Of a DNA stretch of 64,000 nt, positions 63,282-64,000 are shown one piece after another. Numbering within the stretch: position 1 is the first letter of the stretch; each line of letters begins with the position of its first letter. Source of the DNA: Candidatus Iainarchaeum sp. (GTDB lineage Archaea > Micrarchaeota > Micrarchaeia > Anstonellales > Bilamarchaeaceae); NCBI GenBank assembly GCA_028714535.1, contig JAQTME010000001.1, forward strand, positions 1,270 to 65,269. Direction: 5' to 3'. Under the pieces are notes generated by a model, which saw nothing but the letters and a program-made list of their open reading frames with translations, was not told where the DNA came from and made no database searches. Both the position numbers and the translations under genes were made by a program.

Positions 63282-64000
63282 TCACATCTGTACGCGCGCC
63301 GATTTCAGGAAGTCCACGTCGTTCCTGTAAGGCGTCCTTATGTCCTCTATGCCCATGTTGAGCATGAGCGGCCGCTCCAGGCTGAGGCCCCACGCCAGGA
63401 CAGGATAGACTCCTGCCAGCGGGATGCTGACCTCGGGCCTGAATATGCCTGCCCCGCCGAGCTCCAGCCACTGCTTCCTCTTCTCGAAATAAACCTCAAT
63501 CTCCAGGCTCGGCTCCGTGTACGGGAAGAAGCTCGGGCGGAAACGGATCTTTTCGAAGCCGAGCTTCCTGTAGAACTCCTTCAGAATGCCGAGCAGGTCC
63601 GTGAATTTCGCGCCTTCCCAGACTATTATGCCTTCGACCTGGTGGAACTCCGCGAGGTGCTTGTAGTCCGTGGCCTCGTTGCGGAACACGCGGCCTATGG
63701 CGAAATATTTCCTTGGCCTCTTGTCCTTTATGGATGCCACGTAGCGGGCCGAGAGCGCCGTCGTGTGCGTGCGGAGGACGGCCCTGGACGCCTCCTTCGG
63801 ATCCCAGGCGTATTTCCAACCGGCCTCGTGCGCCTTCTTCACCCGCTCAACCAGCTGCTTGTCGGCTGGAAGCGGCGCGCCTTCCTTGAGATAGAACGTG
63901 TCCGCCAGCTCCCTTGCCGGGTGGTCCTGGGGCTGGAAAAGGGCGTCGAAGTTCCAGAACGAGCTTTCGATGATGCCGCCTTCCATCTCCTCGAAACCGA
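63282..64000 (-). CDS. pheS: phenylalanine--tRNA ligase alpha subunit, C-terminal catalytic part; the gene continues beyond the window end
   Basis: Class II aaRS motifs (FQPQDHPARE, and FRPSFFPYTEPS...). The open frame continues to position 64000. Confidence 0.85.
   Translation of the reverse strand, partial: GFEEMEGGIIESSFWNFDALFQPQDHPARELADTFYLKEGAPLPADKQLVERVKKAHEAGWKYAWDPKEASRAVLRTHTTALSARYVASIKDKRPRKYFAIGRVFRNEATDYKHLAEFHQVEGIIVWEGAKFTDLLGILKEFYRKLGFEKIRFRPSFFPYTEPSLEIEVYFEKRKQWLELGGAGIFRPEVSIPLAGVYPVLAWGLSLERPLMLNMGIEDIRTPYRNDVDFLKSARVQM

Noticed and set aside
61987-63471. 494-aa minus-strand ORF overlapping 61350..63275 in another frame
   Set aside because: The translation is extremely Arg/His/Pro/Gly/Ala-rich. 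The alternative frame encodes a coherent membrane protein with TM helices.
1-64000. Scan for CRISPR arrays, transposases, integrases, IS elements, toxin-antitoxin or known defence-system genes
   Set aside because: None recognised. No short regularly spaced direct repeats are present. The only large repeats are the intragenic duplications in tbp and the giant surface-protein gene. The low-GC block at 45-49 kb has no flanking mobility genes or direct-repeat att sites that I can see, so I call it compositional anomaly or HGT rather than a mobile element.

Overview
This window is a high-GC (roughly 60%) archaeal chromosomal segment. TBP, the RFC large subunit, the proteasome alpha subunit, the L21e-RpoF-DUF655 cluster, archaemetzincin, archaeal DtdA and ribosomal protein S26e point to a Thermoplasmata-like euryarchaeon, but that assignment is inference. 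About 90% of the window is coding, with many 4-nt ATGA/TGA start-stop overlaps and TATA boxes about 25-30 nt upstream of start codons, i.e. leaderless or short-leader transcripts. Positions 1-21 kb carry informational and housekeeping genes: a Hef-like helicase, RFC-L, XPD, TBP, S26e, L21e, RpoF, an intron-containing tRNA-Val candidate, glnA, glmM, pyrH, psmA, htpX and lemA. Positions 21-57 kb form a large surface-glycosylation island. It holds a Wzx-like flippase, a complete pseudaminic-acid-type nonulosonate pathway (pseB, pseC, pseH, pseI, pseG, pseF-like), two separate heptose-nucleotide routes (a split HldE kinase and adenylyltransferase with GmhA and a GT9 heptosyltransferase, and GmhA-HddA-GmhB-HddC), several NDP-sugar epimerases and dehydratases, GT2 and GT4 transferases, methyltransferases and a deacetylase. 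It also holds a 1411-aa low-GC beta-helix surface protein with an internal ~1 kb tandem duplication and dozens of N-glycosylation sequons, next to a GT-C-fold membrane glycosyltransferase that lacks the AglB WWDYG motif, and a dolichol-phosphate carrier module (Dpm1-like GT2, UPF0104 membrane protein, PAP2 phosphatase, dolichol kinase). The last 7 kb encode DtdA, a HAD hydrolase, a TRAM protein, two sequon-rich membrane proteins and a partial pheS. I found no CRISPR array, transposase, integrase or recognisable defence system. The most unusual items are the glyco-island with its foreign-looking giant glycoprotein gene, the highly homogenised TBP repeats, and a tRNA-Val that seems to need an ~87-nt non-canonical intron in the D-arm.
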